Positions 37,159 to 51,139 of a DNA stretch of 64,000 nucleotides are shown here, piece after piece; position 1 is the stretch's first letter; the number at the start of each line of letters is the position of its first letter. A model generated the notes under the pieces. The model was not told the DNA's origin. It made no database searches and saw only the letters and a list, made by a program, of their open reading frames with translations. The DNA is from Octopus sinensis. Lineage: Eukaryota. A program made the translations under genes and the position numbers. The stretch lies in the NCBI RefSeq assembly GCF_006345805.1, contig NC_042997.1, positions 162,874,001 to 162,938,000 of the forward strand, read 5' to 3'.

Positions 37159-37845
37159 ATACATACTACATATATACATACTATATTTATATTATATATA
37201 TATTATATATATATTATATGTATGTAGTATATATGCATAGATCAATGTGTGTAATGGGTGTGTAGTAAGTGCTTCTGTTGATTGCTTTATTTTCAAATAT
37301 TTTTAATTTTCTGACTCAACAAATAACAACAATTCCTACGTCGTTTACTCAATACAAACCGACTTCACATTTTGAAATTTCGTAACAAGTAAAATAACAG
37401 AGCAGCGCTGTTTGATGAGAGGTAAATACGTGCGCATGTATGTGTGTGTGTGTGGGAGGGGGGTGAGAGAGAGAGAGAGAGGGGGGTGTAGGGGGTGTTT
37501 GTGTGCATTGAGAGTGTAGTAGTGAAGGAATATGAAAAACTTAATAAGATGAATTGGGAAATGGAAAAAAAGCAACGTGTTATTAGACATGAGTAAGGAT
37601 AGACTTGTTAGGAGGAGAGAAACACAGAGAAAAAGAGATTGAGAGAAAGAGATTGAGAGAAAGAGTAGAGAGAAAGACCGAGCAATGTAAAAGCTGTAAA
37701 TGTTAGGAAGTTTGGTCTGGATGTGAAAGTTCAAACTGTCTGTTAACATGTGTTCTTGGGAATGGTGCACGTGAGTCATTCTTTACAATAATATACTGTG
37801 GTTGTTCTCTTTCTCTCCTGTCTATCACAATATGATATTATATAT

Positions 37846-37893
<48 letters not shown>

Positions 37894-38023
37894 TATATAT
37901 ATATATATATTATTATATATAATTATATATACATACATATATATATTGCTAGAAATGGTAAGGCAACAAAAGAATGAAAGAGACCTCGATATTATGTAAT
38001 AAAGGAATTTATCTGTAAATATA

Positions 38024-38113
38024 ATATGTGACAATTTTTCGGTAGCCATGATAAAACGCCCCGACATCCGAAACTCGAAATTTTATCATGGCTACCGAAT
38101 AATTGTCACATAT
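38024..38113. repeat. Shorter palindrome of the same family as 33871-34068
   Basis: ATATGTGACAATTTTTCGGTAGCCATGATAAAAC..CCGACATCCGAAACTCGAA..TTTTATCATGGCTACCGAATAATTGTCACATAT. The left flank also matches 33840-33870. Confidence 0.82.
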
Positions 38114-38154
38114 ATGTACATATATGTACATATATATATTGCCAATATATATAT

Positions 38155-38200
<46 letters not shown>

Positions 38201-38535
38201 AGGCGCAGGAGTGGCTGTGTGGTAAGTAGCTTGCTTACCAACCACATGGTCCGGGTTCAGTCCCACTGCGTGGCATCTTGGGCAAGTGTCTTCTGCTATA
38301 GCCCGGGCCGACCAATGCCTTGTGAGTGGATTTGGTAGGCGGAAACTGAAAAAAGCCTGTCGTATATATGTATATATATATGTATTTGTGTGTATGTTTG
38401 CGTGTCTGTGTTTGTCCCCCTAGCATTGCTTGACAACCGATGCTGGTGTGTTTACATCCCCGTCACTTAGCGGTTCGGCAAAAGAGACCGATAGAATAAG
38501 TACTGGTCTTACAAAGAATAAGTCCCGGGGTCGAA
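38201..38535 (+). mobile_element. tRNA-derived SINE (family B)
   Basis: Near-identical to 19543-19845. Confidence 0.85.
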
Positions 38536-40332
38536 ATGCATAAGTCACTGTTGTTCTCTTGAGTTTATTGTTCCTCTTGTTTTTTGTTGTTATTGGTATT
38601 GTTGTGGGTCTTGTCTTGTTACTGTTGTTGACCCCGTTGTTATTTATCTTGTTGTTACTTTGTTTTATTATTGTCGATGTCGCTGTTGTAGTTGTTGCTG
38701 TTCCTGCTGTCTCCGATGCTCCGGTTGCCGTTGTTGTTGTTGTTGTTGTTGTTGATATTGTTGCTTTTGTTGTGGCCTCGTGTTGCTTTTGTTGTTACTT
38801 ATATCATTCTTGCAGTACTTGTTCCTGTCATTGGTGCTCTTGCTATTGTTTGCCCCTCCATCAGATTATCCCTCCATAGAACAATAAGCTACTTCAAAAG
38901 ACGTTCCGTTCCAGTCCTGACTATTCCAGCATTTTAGCGATGTTTTGAACCGAATTGCCCTATGTCTTGTCCTTAAACTCATGTAAGATGGTGGAGTTAT
39001 TTGAGGTTGTGATTTGAGGATGATTTGACTATTGACGATGACGGCAATGTTGAAGGTGGCAGTGGTGATTGTAAGAATGGTGGCGATGGTATGGTAAAAG
39101 GGAAAGACCTCACTTCAGTCATGACTGACCATGGGATTGCACCTAGAAAGTCCCCCATCCACCTAGGTGCAAATCCGGACAAGGTTGTTTATGGAAGACC
39201 AGCAGTCACCCATGCATACCGGCCTCCTCTCTCTCTACGCATCTGATGTTATCCAATGGAAAGGCAAAGACCGATACACTTTGGCACTAGTTACGTCGCA
39301 ATTCATTTCTACAGTTGAGTGAACTGGAGCAATGTGAAACAAAGTGTCTTGCTCAAGAACACAACACACAGCCCAGTCTGGGAATCAAACTCACTCACTC
39401 ATGATTGTAAGCCCGACGGTGATGGTGACGTTCATGATGGTAATAGTAGCTGTGATGGTAGTGGTCGTGATAGGCCAATGATGGTGGTGATAAAGAGCAT
39501 GGTGGGAATGGTGAAAACGGAGATATGATAGTGACGATGGTAGAGATGGTGATGATGGTGACGATGGTGTCGATGCTGGGTACAGTGATGGTGGGCCAGT
39601 ATAGTAACTAGTCGAAATGATCAAACATCACTACACCCACCTCAACGTATAATTTGGAAGTCAGCCGAAAGACATTCATCAGATGTTCCTTTACGCCGTG
39701 GTCACTTCACCTTCAAGGAATACCAACTAAATGACACTCGAACCAGACTCTACTCTGCTACCTTCTTAAAAAACAACCGAATTAAATAATGTGGCTGAGA
39801 TTATTATGATTTTTTATTAGAATACTTTTGATAATAGATCTGCTCGATCAGAGACTATTTCGGCTTAAACAACAAAAACAACGACAAACAGCAGAAGCAA
39901 TAGCCGTCCAAGAATTTGGACCTGGAAATGTCTATTTCCAGTGACTTCGAGGGCCACCTCTCAGTGGTGTCGGGCGTCAACGAAGAGCCCTCGACTACAA
40001 CAAGACGAAAAAAGTTGTTTTCTTTTCCAAGATCTGGGGTCTCCCGCCCCTAAGCCCTAGACCATCACCCTTATCCGTCTTGTTGCTTAACAACTACAAA
40101 CAGCAGCAGCAGGAATAGAAGCTGCAGCTGTAGCAACAGCTACAAGCCACCATATTTGGACTGGTTGCTAATGAATCAAAGATTTCATAAAGTCGTATAA
40201 GCCATTACGTAGTGGGATAAAGAGAATGCTAACGTGTTGAGCAGAATCTTTTCATCAGAAAGAATTGCCGATGTAAGATATCCCTGTTTTTTCGTTCTCT
40301 ATAGTTTCACCTCTCTCTCTTTCTCATTCTCT

Positions 40333-40410
<78 letters not shown>

Positions 40411-40414
<4 letters not shown>

Positions 40415-40567
40415 CTTGATCACCTTGACCGACCAGTCCGTCGGGCGTCCATTTGACACCGCTGGTCACAGCACGCTGTCCACTCCTCTCTGGATCGCGC
40501 CTTTCTCATCCACGTGATCCCAATCGTCCTCCTGAAATCGTAACTCCACCGTCGTGGAGGCCTTCCT
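40411..40567 (-). mobile_element. Extreme 3' end of an RTE-clade LINE
   Basis: GRPPRRWSYDFRRTIGITWMRKARSREEW, ending in short TCAAGGTGA repeats. Confidence 0.7.
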
Positions 40568-40615
40568 GAACTCCTGAACTCTCTATCTCTCTCTCTATAT
40601 ATATGTGGATGTATG

Positions 40616-40717
<102 letters not shown>

Positions 40718-41449
40718 TGTATGTACAAATGTATATACAGGAATTCCCCATGTTACGGAAGTAATGCGTTCCTGTAAAATCTTATGATACGAAATCGTTT
40801 TACGTGAAATATATTCACCCATTGATTTTCATATTATAAAGCAATAATGCGTTCTGGCAGTTATTTTCGAGAAAAAAAAAAGCAACACGACTGCCTTTAT
40901 GTATGGAAATTGCAATTTCTAAACATATGTATACGTAAAAACATTTGAAGATAAATACGTTATGGAATAAACAAGAATCTTGATATTGTAATAGGGTGTG
41001 TTCTAACCATATAAGATGTTTCAAAACAGGATCAAAGGTCTTCGCCTAACAATAGGTTCATAATGATGGTTTCCAGGATTCTGTGGCGTAGATCTTCTCC
41101 ACTGGACTGTATGTCGGTCACTTGCTGAATTATTCATTTTTGCCAGCTGAATGAACTGGAGAAACACAAAATTAAGTGTTTTGCTCGAGAACAGCGCATC
41201 GCCCTGTCCAGTAATCGAAACCACAATCTTACGATCATGAGTTCAGCACCTTAACCACTAAGCTATGCTCCACCACATGTAAGATGTTTACTGGCGTGAA
41301 AAGTGTGAAGGTGGAATGGAAGTTACCTGGGAGGATGAAGAACACTATCCGCTAGCTTATTGTTTTTCATCATCATCACCATCACCAACATTATTAACAT
41401 CAACATCTGTTTGAGGGTCGATGTACTTAGACACAAATGTTTAATATAC

Positions 41450-41657
41450 CTATTTCTTTACTACCCACAAGGGGCTACACACAGAGAGGATAAACAAGGA
41501 CAGACAAACGGATTAAGTCGATTGTATCGACCCCAGTGTGTAACTGGTACTTATTTAATCGACCCCGAAAGGATGAAAGGCAAAGTCGATCTCGGCGAAA
41601 TTTGAACTCAGACCGTACGGCTACGTATTTCGCCCGGCGTGCTAACGTTTCTGCTAG
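41450..41657 (-). mobile_element. SINE family A
   Basis: Reverse complement of 53079-53318. Confidence 0.82.
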
Positions 41658-42048
41658 ACCGTCACATTGTACAGCTCAGTATAAGAACCAGTCTCATTGT
41701 ACACTCCCCTTGTAAGTTAGATATTATACCTTGATCTATTGGCTGGAGGAAACAAATTGTATTCTTGGCGACATATTCCACTCTCATATTATTAGAAAGC
41801 GCATTTAAATTCATTGGGTTCCTCGGTGCTTTCATTATTATTTGACGTTCACGATTAAGGTTGCTATCAGCAAAAATTTACTGACATTTTTCTATAAGTG
41901 CCAACGCTTTAGCAGTTCTCTTTGCAGTCAATTTAAGCGGACTTGTTGGAAATTCCATATTTTTATCTGTATACTCAACTTGTCTTTGTTCAATCAACAT
42001 CAGTTCTTTGAAAAATATTTTAGATATATACTTTCCCTATGAGACACT

Positions 42049-42366
42049 GTGGAGGCGCAATGGCCTAGTGGTTAGGGCTGCGGACTTGCGGTCGGAGGAT
42101 CGCGGTTTCGATTCCCAGACCGGGCGTTGTGTGTGTTTATTGAGCGAAAACACCTAAAAGCTCCACGAGTCTCCAACATGGCGTGGTGGCGACCCCCGTT
42201 GTACTCTTTCGCCACAACTTTCTCTCACTCCCTCCTCCTGTTTCTTGAGTAACGCTGCGATGGACTGGCGTCCCGTTCAGCTGGGAAGAACACATGCGCC
42301 ACAAAAACCGGGAAACCAGGCCCATGAGCCTGGCTAGGCTTGAAAAGGGCGACGTTTTTTTTTTAT
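42049..42366 (+). mobile_element. SINE family C with a 12-bp target site duplication
   Basis: TSD CTATGAGACACT at 42037-42048 and 42367-42378. A box TGGCCTAGTGG, B box GGTTTCGATTCC, T-rich tail. Confidence 0.9.
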
Positions 42367-43706
42367 CTATGAGACACTAGCAATTCAACCACGTTATGCT
42401 TCTATGACTTCTACAAATCTTACATCATATGCAAGTCTCACAATATTTTTTTTAGATTTTTATGGAGACTTTGGGCTTGTGAAAAATTAGTAAAGTTACG
42501 AATACAATCTGGCCTTATATTTTTCCAAGCAATATTCATAGTTGAAGTTTTAACTTCATCTCACAGCATTCATTATGTTGAAATACTTCCAGAAGTTTCT
42601 AACTGTAGCTTTATCTACTTTATGATTTGCTTTCATAAGTTGTTTGAAAGTTCTTTTCAGATAACATTCCTTGAAGTTAGCTGTAGTTTGATGTATTGGC
42701 TACAGCAAACAAATTGTATTATTAGGAATATATTCCATTCCCATATTATTAAAAGGCTCATTTAAGTTCATTAGGTTGCTCGGTGCAAGCATTCTTAGAA
42801 GTCTAGCACTGCATCTTTCTACAAGAGTAAAAAAAAAAATGTTTGTAAACAACTCTTTGGAAAACGCTCCTAGTTTTCCAAACTTTCTTATTTAAACGCG
42901 AAGTCAAGGATGTTTCAGTCAGCTTTTAAAATACACTACGGTTACAGCATTATTGCATGAGATTGTTCTGCTTTTATTTAGATGGAGTTGCAAATTTTGT
43001 TCATGCTAATGTTGCGCTGTTGTTGGTCTGTAATGACAGATAATGTTGATTGCAGATAATGGTGGTGGTGAAGGTTGATTCATACATACATACCTATGTA
43101 TGTATGTATGTATGTATGTATGTAGTATGTATGTATGTATGTATGTATGTATGTATGTATGTATGCATATTTACCAAATGGCAATGAAAACCAGCTCCTG
43201 TTGAGAGGTGAAGATAACCTCAACTCACAAAGATTCTCCAAAGTTGACATGCCTTTAAGGAATGGATATATATTTCTGGTTCCAAGCCTTCAGTTGCCAT
43301 CAGCACGACAATTGTCTGATCTTATTTCCAGAAGGCAAAGGACTAAGACTTATGCAAAAAGGAGCAGAAAAGACAAAAATGAGCTAAAATACATACATAC
43401 ATACATACATACATACATACATACATACATACATACATACATGTGTGTGTGTGTGTAAAATAACTTTTCTTAGTTTCAGTCATTAGACTGTGGCCAATGT
43501 GGGGCATCGCCTTGAAAAATATTTTAGTCTAATGACTATATTTTTTAAAAGGCTGGTACTTATTCTGTCGGTCTCTTTTGCCGAACTGCTATTTTACAGG
43601 GATGTAAACACCAGCACCGGTTGTCAAGCGGTGGTAGTGGTGGGGATAAACGCAGATACAAAGACACACATATATGTAGCGATATTTTAAAATTTCATCT
43701 CAGGTG

Positions 43707-43782
43707 AATCTAGCTGATGAGGACTAATCAAATTTACAATAACAAACATATTTTGGAAAGTCCGAAACTCGCGTCCTAGATT
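43707..43782 (+). ncRNA. Canonical type-I hammerhead ribozyme motif
   Basis: AATCTAG CTGATGA GGACT-(33-nt loop)-AGTCC GAAA C-TCGC-G TC CTAGATT: 7-bp stem I, 5-bp stem II, short stem III. Predicted GUC cleavage after 43775. Confidence 0.85.
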
Positions 43783-44003
43783 ATCCATTTTTCCGATGCT
43801 CTTAAGACGAAATTTTTTTAAAGTTCACCGCCCGCATACATCTTTGCCAATACACATTTCAGTGAAGCTTTACATAGCGTCGTATCGTTATCGACTGCTT
43901 TTTCCAGAAGATATTGGTGCCTGTTGTTGCCACTATTTCTTATATATATAAACGAAAGAAGAAGCCGCCGTATATATGTATGTATATATATATATATATA
44001 TTA

Positions 44004-44087
<84 letters not shown>

Positions 44088-44603
44088 TATATATTATATA
44101 TATATATATATATAATATATATATATATGTATGTATGCGTGTGTGTATATGTTTGTTGTCTGTGCTTGTCCCCCCAACATCGCTTGAGAACTGATGCTGG
44201 TGTGTTTACGTCCCCGTAACTTAGCGGTTCGACAAATAAAATCGATAGAATAAGTACTAAGCTTACAAAGAATAAGTCCTGGGGTCGATTTGCTCGACTA
44301 AAGGCGGTGCTCCAGTATGGCCACAGTCAAATGACTGAAACAAGTAAAAGAGTGATATATCAATGACCGGAACATGCAATCAAGGAATCTTTTCATAAAA
44401 GAAGTGTGTATAATTGTGAATAAATCACAATTATAACTCTTCTTGGTTTCAATCATTTTTGCAAAAACCCTTACATGTCTAGAAATAGCAGTCAAAACCG
44501 TTATAAAGCCACTATAACCACTCATATCTCTTCACAATAAAGCTGTCGGCGGGCAACTTGACATAAAATTCAAAACTTAATTACAAGGTTAGTCCTCTAT
44601 TGG

Positions 44604-44703
44604 NNNNNNNNNNNNNNNNNNNNNNNNNNNNNNNNNNNNNNNNNNNNNNNNNNNNNNNNNNNNNNNNNNNNNNNNNNNNNNNNNNNNNNNNNNNNNNNNN
44701 NNN
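44604..44703. other. Assembly gap (100 N)
   Basis: Run of Ns. Confidence 1.
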
Positions 44704-46867
44704 TGAATTCTTCTATGATACAATACCAACGTTAGTATTTTTATTGAAATAAGTTTAGATATAAATAAAACTTTCAAGCTCTGTATTTTTTTTTCCTTCG
44801 TTTACATAAAAAAAAGTTTTCTGAATTATTGTAAAAGTAACATTTTCTAAAAACATCAAGTTGATTTTGAATTTTCATAGACCCGAACCCAGTTCGCCAG
44901 CCTCAAAAGATACTCATTGAAATCTCAAGTTAGAAAACTGGTAATTTTCTAAGAATGTTTATTTCCTCGACAAATAATAAAATGTTACTTGTAAGAAAAT
45001 CCAAATTCTATTAACCTCAACAGACACGATACAACTTTGTATTCATATCAGCGGACATGATACAACTTTGTACATCATGATAGAATCTACAAGAGTCTTT
45101 GAATTAATTATTTGTCTTTCATCGGAAACGTTGAAAGATTCTGAAATTATTGATACCAAAAGATAACATAGTCGCTCTTTGCTTGTTATCTTATCTAGAT
45201 ACTGAGATCAGTCAACTATAAATCAACAATAAATATTTTCCTATAATAGAGCTGTTAGCAAATTTACTATGAAGTATTAGGCAATTTTCAAACTTTCCAA
45301 TTGTCTACCTAACTTAAACAGTACCTTCCCATTAACAGGAAACCACAAAGTAAGATAAATTAGTGCTTTTATTCACAGACAAAGAGCCTGTATAAAGGCG
45401 ATCGCTAATCAGGAAAAATCTGACTGTAGTTCTCCAGGAGAAAAAGATGGCCGTTATTTAAGTAGTTAATTACAAAACCAACACTATGTGTTCTCGTTGA
45501 TGATGAGGTGTAGAAATTATTTGTTTTCAACAATACATCAGTCGGGATTCACAACACGCCTGTTGCCGTTTCTTAAGTTCTTCAATGATGTTTCTTTCTT
45601 ACTTTTAATATCAGCTCTCTTTCGCTAGATTCTTTTATCAAATCAATTTTCCATTCTTCATTTTCGATTAAGAATTGTTCATCAATTCTCCTTATTGTGC
45701 TGAGTATTCTACCTTTGAAGAACCATTCCATTATGTTGCTATAAAATCAATCGATTTACTTTTCCCCTAAATCAAAGTGGCCCATCTACTTCTCGATATT
45801 TCCATTTCAAATACAGGTTGCATAAAACTAATGAATTGCAGTATACTTACATTCTAGAATAAGCTTGAACAGATCAGAAAACAATCAAGAGGGACAAAAA
45901 AAAATACTGCAGATTACAGAAGACTTTGAAACGAAGTAAATAAAGTAATTCCTTTCTTAATTATGAATTACCAATTGGAAACGGAAGACATGATTTTTGC
46001 CTTTGGTTTTAACATTCTATTCTACTCAGAAATTCATAAAATGTCGCCTGTCTTTCTCTGTTAAATTTGAGAAGTTACCACGTAGCCTTCTTGCAAAATT
46101 TTATATCTAAATTAGTCACATATTTCACAATAATGTATCAACCGAAACCAGATTTTTCCAAACAACCGTGTCTTTACAGGTATCTTAAACTCTAGCGTGC
46201 GGTGTATGCTATAGCGTAGCAATAATTAATACAGTATGTTTTTGAAAGGTAGAAAAATAGGTGACTAGTGTCGTAGATAATGCCTTACAGTATTTGTTCC
46301 GGTTCTCTAAATTCAAATCCTGCCGAGAACAACTTTTTAAGATGTTAGAGTGTATGATGTTGAAGGAAGATATGACTGGTATTTCTCGCGGATTAAGAGA
46401 CCACCTAGGAGCTCCCTTGGCTTGTATTTAAGTTTGACGTTGTTATCTAGTCCTAGACCAGCTCTAACCGAGAAGACCTATGATGGTCACTCCAGCCGTG
46501 ACCACCTTCTTTTGCTTTGCTTTTGTCATATGCAGACGTGGCTGTATGGTAAGAAGTTTGCTTCCCAACCACATGGTTCCGGGTTCACTCCCACTGCGTG
46601 GCACTTTGCACACGTGTCTTCTACTATGGCCTCAGTTGGCGAAAACTGAAAGAAGTGTGTGTGTGTACATGTATATATATATATATATATACAGACACAC
46701 CCACATACATATATATTTGTCGTCACCTATCGCTATGCTGCCGCATAATGACCTGGTCAAGATGAAATAGATTCCTTAGCAGAAGCTAACTACAGTGACC
46801 ACTTTGATATGCTCAGCAACAACCATTTTATCTTTATTGAAATAAATTTTAGTTATATCTTTCATAT

Positions 46868-46926
<59 letters not shown>

Positions 46927-48197
46927 TACACACACACACACATTTTCTCTCTCTGTGTATTTCTCTCTCAACAACAACAACAATTTGTCATTAAACTGCA
47001 AGTTTTTATAGTCTGCGTTGAGCTGTCTATATGTTGAAAGACATACAAGAACGCACACTCACACACATACCCAGAAATATATACACAAACAATCGAAAAT
47101 GTAACTAACTATATGTGTTATATATATATATATACATCTAGTTATTTTTTTTAATCTGTGTTGCGTTATGTTGACACACTTGCACTTAAATTACCGCGTT
47201 TTTTAATCAAAACTTCTTAGTTACTATGGTGACAACACTACTTATCTATCTATCTTTCATATTCTCTCTCTTTCTGTCCCTCTCTCTCTCTCTCTCTCTC
47301 CATCTCTCTTACACACTGTATTTCTCTCACAACAACCTTTTCTCCTCTCCTTTTTCCTACCCTCTAATAGATATTGTGGCAGATAGACAAACAGATGGAG
47401 ATCAGCTTCTCTTTTATAGTATAAGGTTGTGTGTGTATGTGTGTGTGTGCACGCGCGTTTATCTCCGATCACTGCTTGACAACCGCTGTTGGTGTATTAA
47501 TACCACCGTAAATTAGCAGTTCGGCAAAAGACCCTATTGAATAAGTACCAAGTTTTAAAAAATTAGTACTGAAGTCAAGGCGGTGCCCCAGCATGGCCGC
47601 AGTCTAATGACTGAAGCAAGTAGAAGATCAAAGATGAAAGATGCAATTTATCTACGATGCATTTAAGAAAGTAAAGTATAGTATTGAGAGATATTTGGCT
47701 GCTACTTCCCAGGTCGTACAACCAAGTGGTAGCAATGATGATGATGATGATGTTGATTGTGATGGCTGTGGTGGTGATGATGATAGTGGTAGTGATGATG
47801 ATGACGATGGTGTTGGTGGTGGTGATGGTGGTGGTGATGGTGGTGATGGTGGTGATGGTGGTGATGGTAGTGGTTTTGGTGGTAGAACTTTACTTTTTGT
47901 TTGTTTGTTTTTGTTTTGTTTTTTTTTGGTGGGGGGGGAGTATTTTATTTTAATAATTCCTCATTCTTAAGAGCACAACTTTTCAAAGAGATCCACATGA
48001 TTAAACTTCATAAATGTATATCAGTAAGAGCACGCAATCGAAGTCTCGCCAAGGCGGTCTCTATAACCTATTAAAACAGTCCGTGCTTGGCGTGTTCTCG
48101 CCAGAAGGAACAGCAAAATATACTTCTACAAGAAAAGGAAACCAAAATTTCAAGCAAAAACAAAATGCATAACAACAACAACAATAACAATAATAAC

Positions 48198-48250
<53 letters not shown>

Positions 48251-48701
48251 GAGACTATCTCTTAGCTGATAATGCATGCAGCAGAAAGCGACCAAGTGTA
48301 TCAACCATTTGGCTCTGCGTGAGAGTCCAGCGAACCTAACGCTGTTCTTGTATCAGCGGTTTACGGTGGGATGGAGCGGCAGTATTGAACGGGGTGGAGA
48401 GACGAGGATGTTAATGCTGTTTTTTCTATTTTATTATTCGTGTGTTTATTTTAATTAATCGCTCTTTCGAAAAGAAACCGTGATACTATATAAGAATGGC
48501 TCTCTGCTAAAAGCTATATTTTTGATTATGTCTTTGCACGCGTTGTTTTATTTAGCTTCACCATCAGTTCTCCTCTCTCTGTGCGTGCGTGTGTATGTGT
48601 GTGTGTGTAAATGTGTCTATGGATGCGTATGTATGTGTGAATAGATGCGTTTGTGTATATGCATGTGTATGTATGCGTGTATATGTGCATATAATATATG
48701 T

Positions 48702-48740
<39 letters not shown>

Positions 48741-49216
48741 CGGGTCTATATGTTATAATTTTTTTTTCTAATTTATTGTGTTGCATTAGTCTATGCTTGT
48801 ACCTCGTTAAATGCATCATCATCGTCGTCATCATCATCGTCGTCATCATCATCGTCGTCATCGTCATCGTCGTCGTCATCATCGTCATCATCAGCAGCAG
48901 CATTAGCATGAGGAGGAGGAGAAGGGTGTAAAAAATCATTTATAGATTACTATAGCAGTAATCTTGTGATAGTTATTTAACTCTAGGTCAGTCCAATTTG
49001 AGTAAATCTATAATGAAAATTATTCCATCCGTGTCTATCCAGTCGGTTTTGTTTGCTGTTTTTGCATTTCTTTTATTTTTTTATACTACGGACTCAACTT
49101 TTTTTTAAGATGGTAAGATGTGATTGGAAGAAATTTGACTACTATATCTAACAGGGTGAGTGACTATACAGAGATTACCTCGTTGGCTCTTAGTTTAACG
49201 GTTGTGGTTTCAGGAG

Positions 49217-49276
<60 letters not shown>

Positions 49277-51139
49277 ATGGTGGTGATATGAAAATAAAAA
49301 CTTTCAAAAACTTAAGATCTGCAATAACACGAAACTGGTAGGCTTAATGTGACCATGGTCTCATAGTTATTACATGTTTTCTTGTGAACAATAGATACAC
49401 CTTCAAACCCGGTGAATAAGTGAGAATGGCGGAGCGGTATTCAAGAAGAGCTGTTGCTGCTGTTTAGCTCTGGATCAGCTCTGATTAACCTCTTACCATA
49501 CACTTATTTTTTTCAATTTCCATGCAAAAAATATCTTTTTACTATTATTTTGAATCTGTATATAAGGAAGAATAAGTACACAAATTATTTTGGATCAGTT
49601 ATGATTTATTTTGAAGTTACTGATAGAAATGATAGTTACTGATAGTTAATGGTAGAAAACAGAAATAACATCATGAACGAAGTATTTTGCGTTGGAAATA
49701 AGTGACAGATACCTCAGAGTTCACTGAACGAATATTTTCATCCCAATATATATTTACTAGACATGTCTGAATGAAAATATACGGGATAATGTTAAGAGGT
49801 TAAGCAGACTTACGATCAGTGATGTTTCATCTATGAGCATCTCATCTTATTTTCAGACAATAAATACGGATAACACTAATACGGATAACATTAACCGTAT
49901 CAGTGACCGAGTCGTAGTTGGTGCGACGAAAATTTTGTCAAGAAATAATAAACGTTTAAGTGAACTTAGCGGTCCTTGTGTGTTTTTGAATGGCTAATAG
50001 GAGCCTTTCGCGCTGTGATCGTTTTAGTTTAGCATGCAGTCTCGGATCAAATATGATTTGATCTGAGACCGTATGCTTCCATTTTTCTTTTCTTTTCTGT
50101 TTTTTATGCTTAAAATGTGGTTTGGGAGGAATTTGACAGCTATTTCTACCGAACCGAACGACCACATCGTAGCTTCTTTGCTGAGTCACCAAAAACAAAA
50201 AAGAAAAGTGGTCAGAATTGGTAAAATTTGAACAGAAAATATTAAAAGCTAAAAAAAAAATCAAAATATCCGAAAAATAAGAAAAAATATGTTTTAAGAA
50301 TTAATGCTTTGATTGCTATTATCGATCTTTTGATCTCTCGGATCTGAGAAATCCACTCTGAAAATTGAAAACCAATAGTCTGAAAGAGAATCTAAAAGAA
50401 GAGTGAGAGTAGAATGGGGGTTATACATGCTAAAATTGACTACTACTTAACGAAAAAAAAAAGTGATGTTGAAATTAGATTTTTTCCTGAAACGTTTTCG
50501 AATTTAAATCTTTAAAAAAACTCTTTTGGGTTGCGCATTCTTTTTCTTTCTTTCTTTTTAAATAGTTAATACTGAGATAGGGGAAAAAATTATTTTTCAA
50601 TCGCAGTTTGCTTTCTAAAATCACATTTTTTTTCTATTATTATCAGTTTGTTCTTTTTCAACTTATCAATATCAACATTTTTTTTTTTTGTTTGTTTAAA
50701 TTTCAGCAATCATCTTTGTTAAATATTTTCTTTTATTAAATATCTCCGCTTCTATCTTAAGAAAGTTAAGCTAATGGTAAATGATGATGACGATAATGAT
50801 GTTGATGACGACTACGATGATGACAATGATAACGATGATGACGTCGTGATGGTGGTGATGGCGTAACCCATCCCAGATAGATTGTTTACAACACTAAAGG
50901 ATTTATATTAGCATAATGTATCTAACATCTCGAACAGTGTTGTTACCACTTATACAAACTCCCAGATCAGAGCAAAAAAAAAATTTCATTCGACCGATTG
51001 GCAGGAAGTTGTTAAAGCTCTGTTTTTGGGGTTTTTTTAACTTGGGAAACCAGATATTTCTACAAATTGGGATTAATGGAGAATCTTGCCTCTCACAATA
51101 TAGAAACGTTTCTCGTGGCACCAGCAGACAAAATGGAAA

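Larger units (their letters stand above)
40738..42960 (-). mobile_element. Degenerate pogo/Tigger-type transposon, interrupted by SINEs
   Basis: Minus strand has NKKVWKT..F (~42870), YIPNNTICLL*PI..NFKECYLKRTF..TVRNFWKYFNI (~42570-42780) and VEYVAKNTICFLQPIDQGII (~41720-41790). TA-CAGGAATTCCCCATGTTACG at 40736 resembles a Tigger TIR. Confidence 0.7.

Noticed and set aside
39660-39690. CTGATGA on the minus strand (also near 40252 and 63628)
   Set aside because: No GAAA or stem geometry downstream; chance heptamers.
47641-47970. Gly/Asp-rich ORF
   Set aside because: (GAT)/(GGT) low-complexity repeat.
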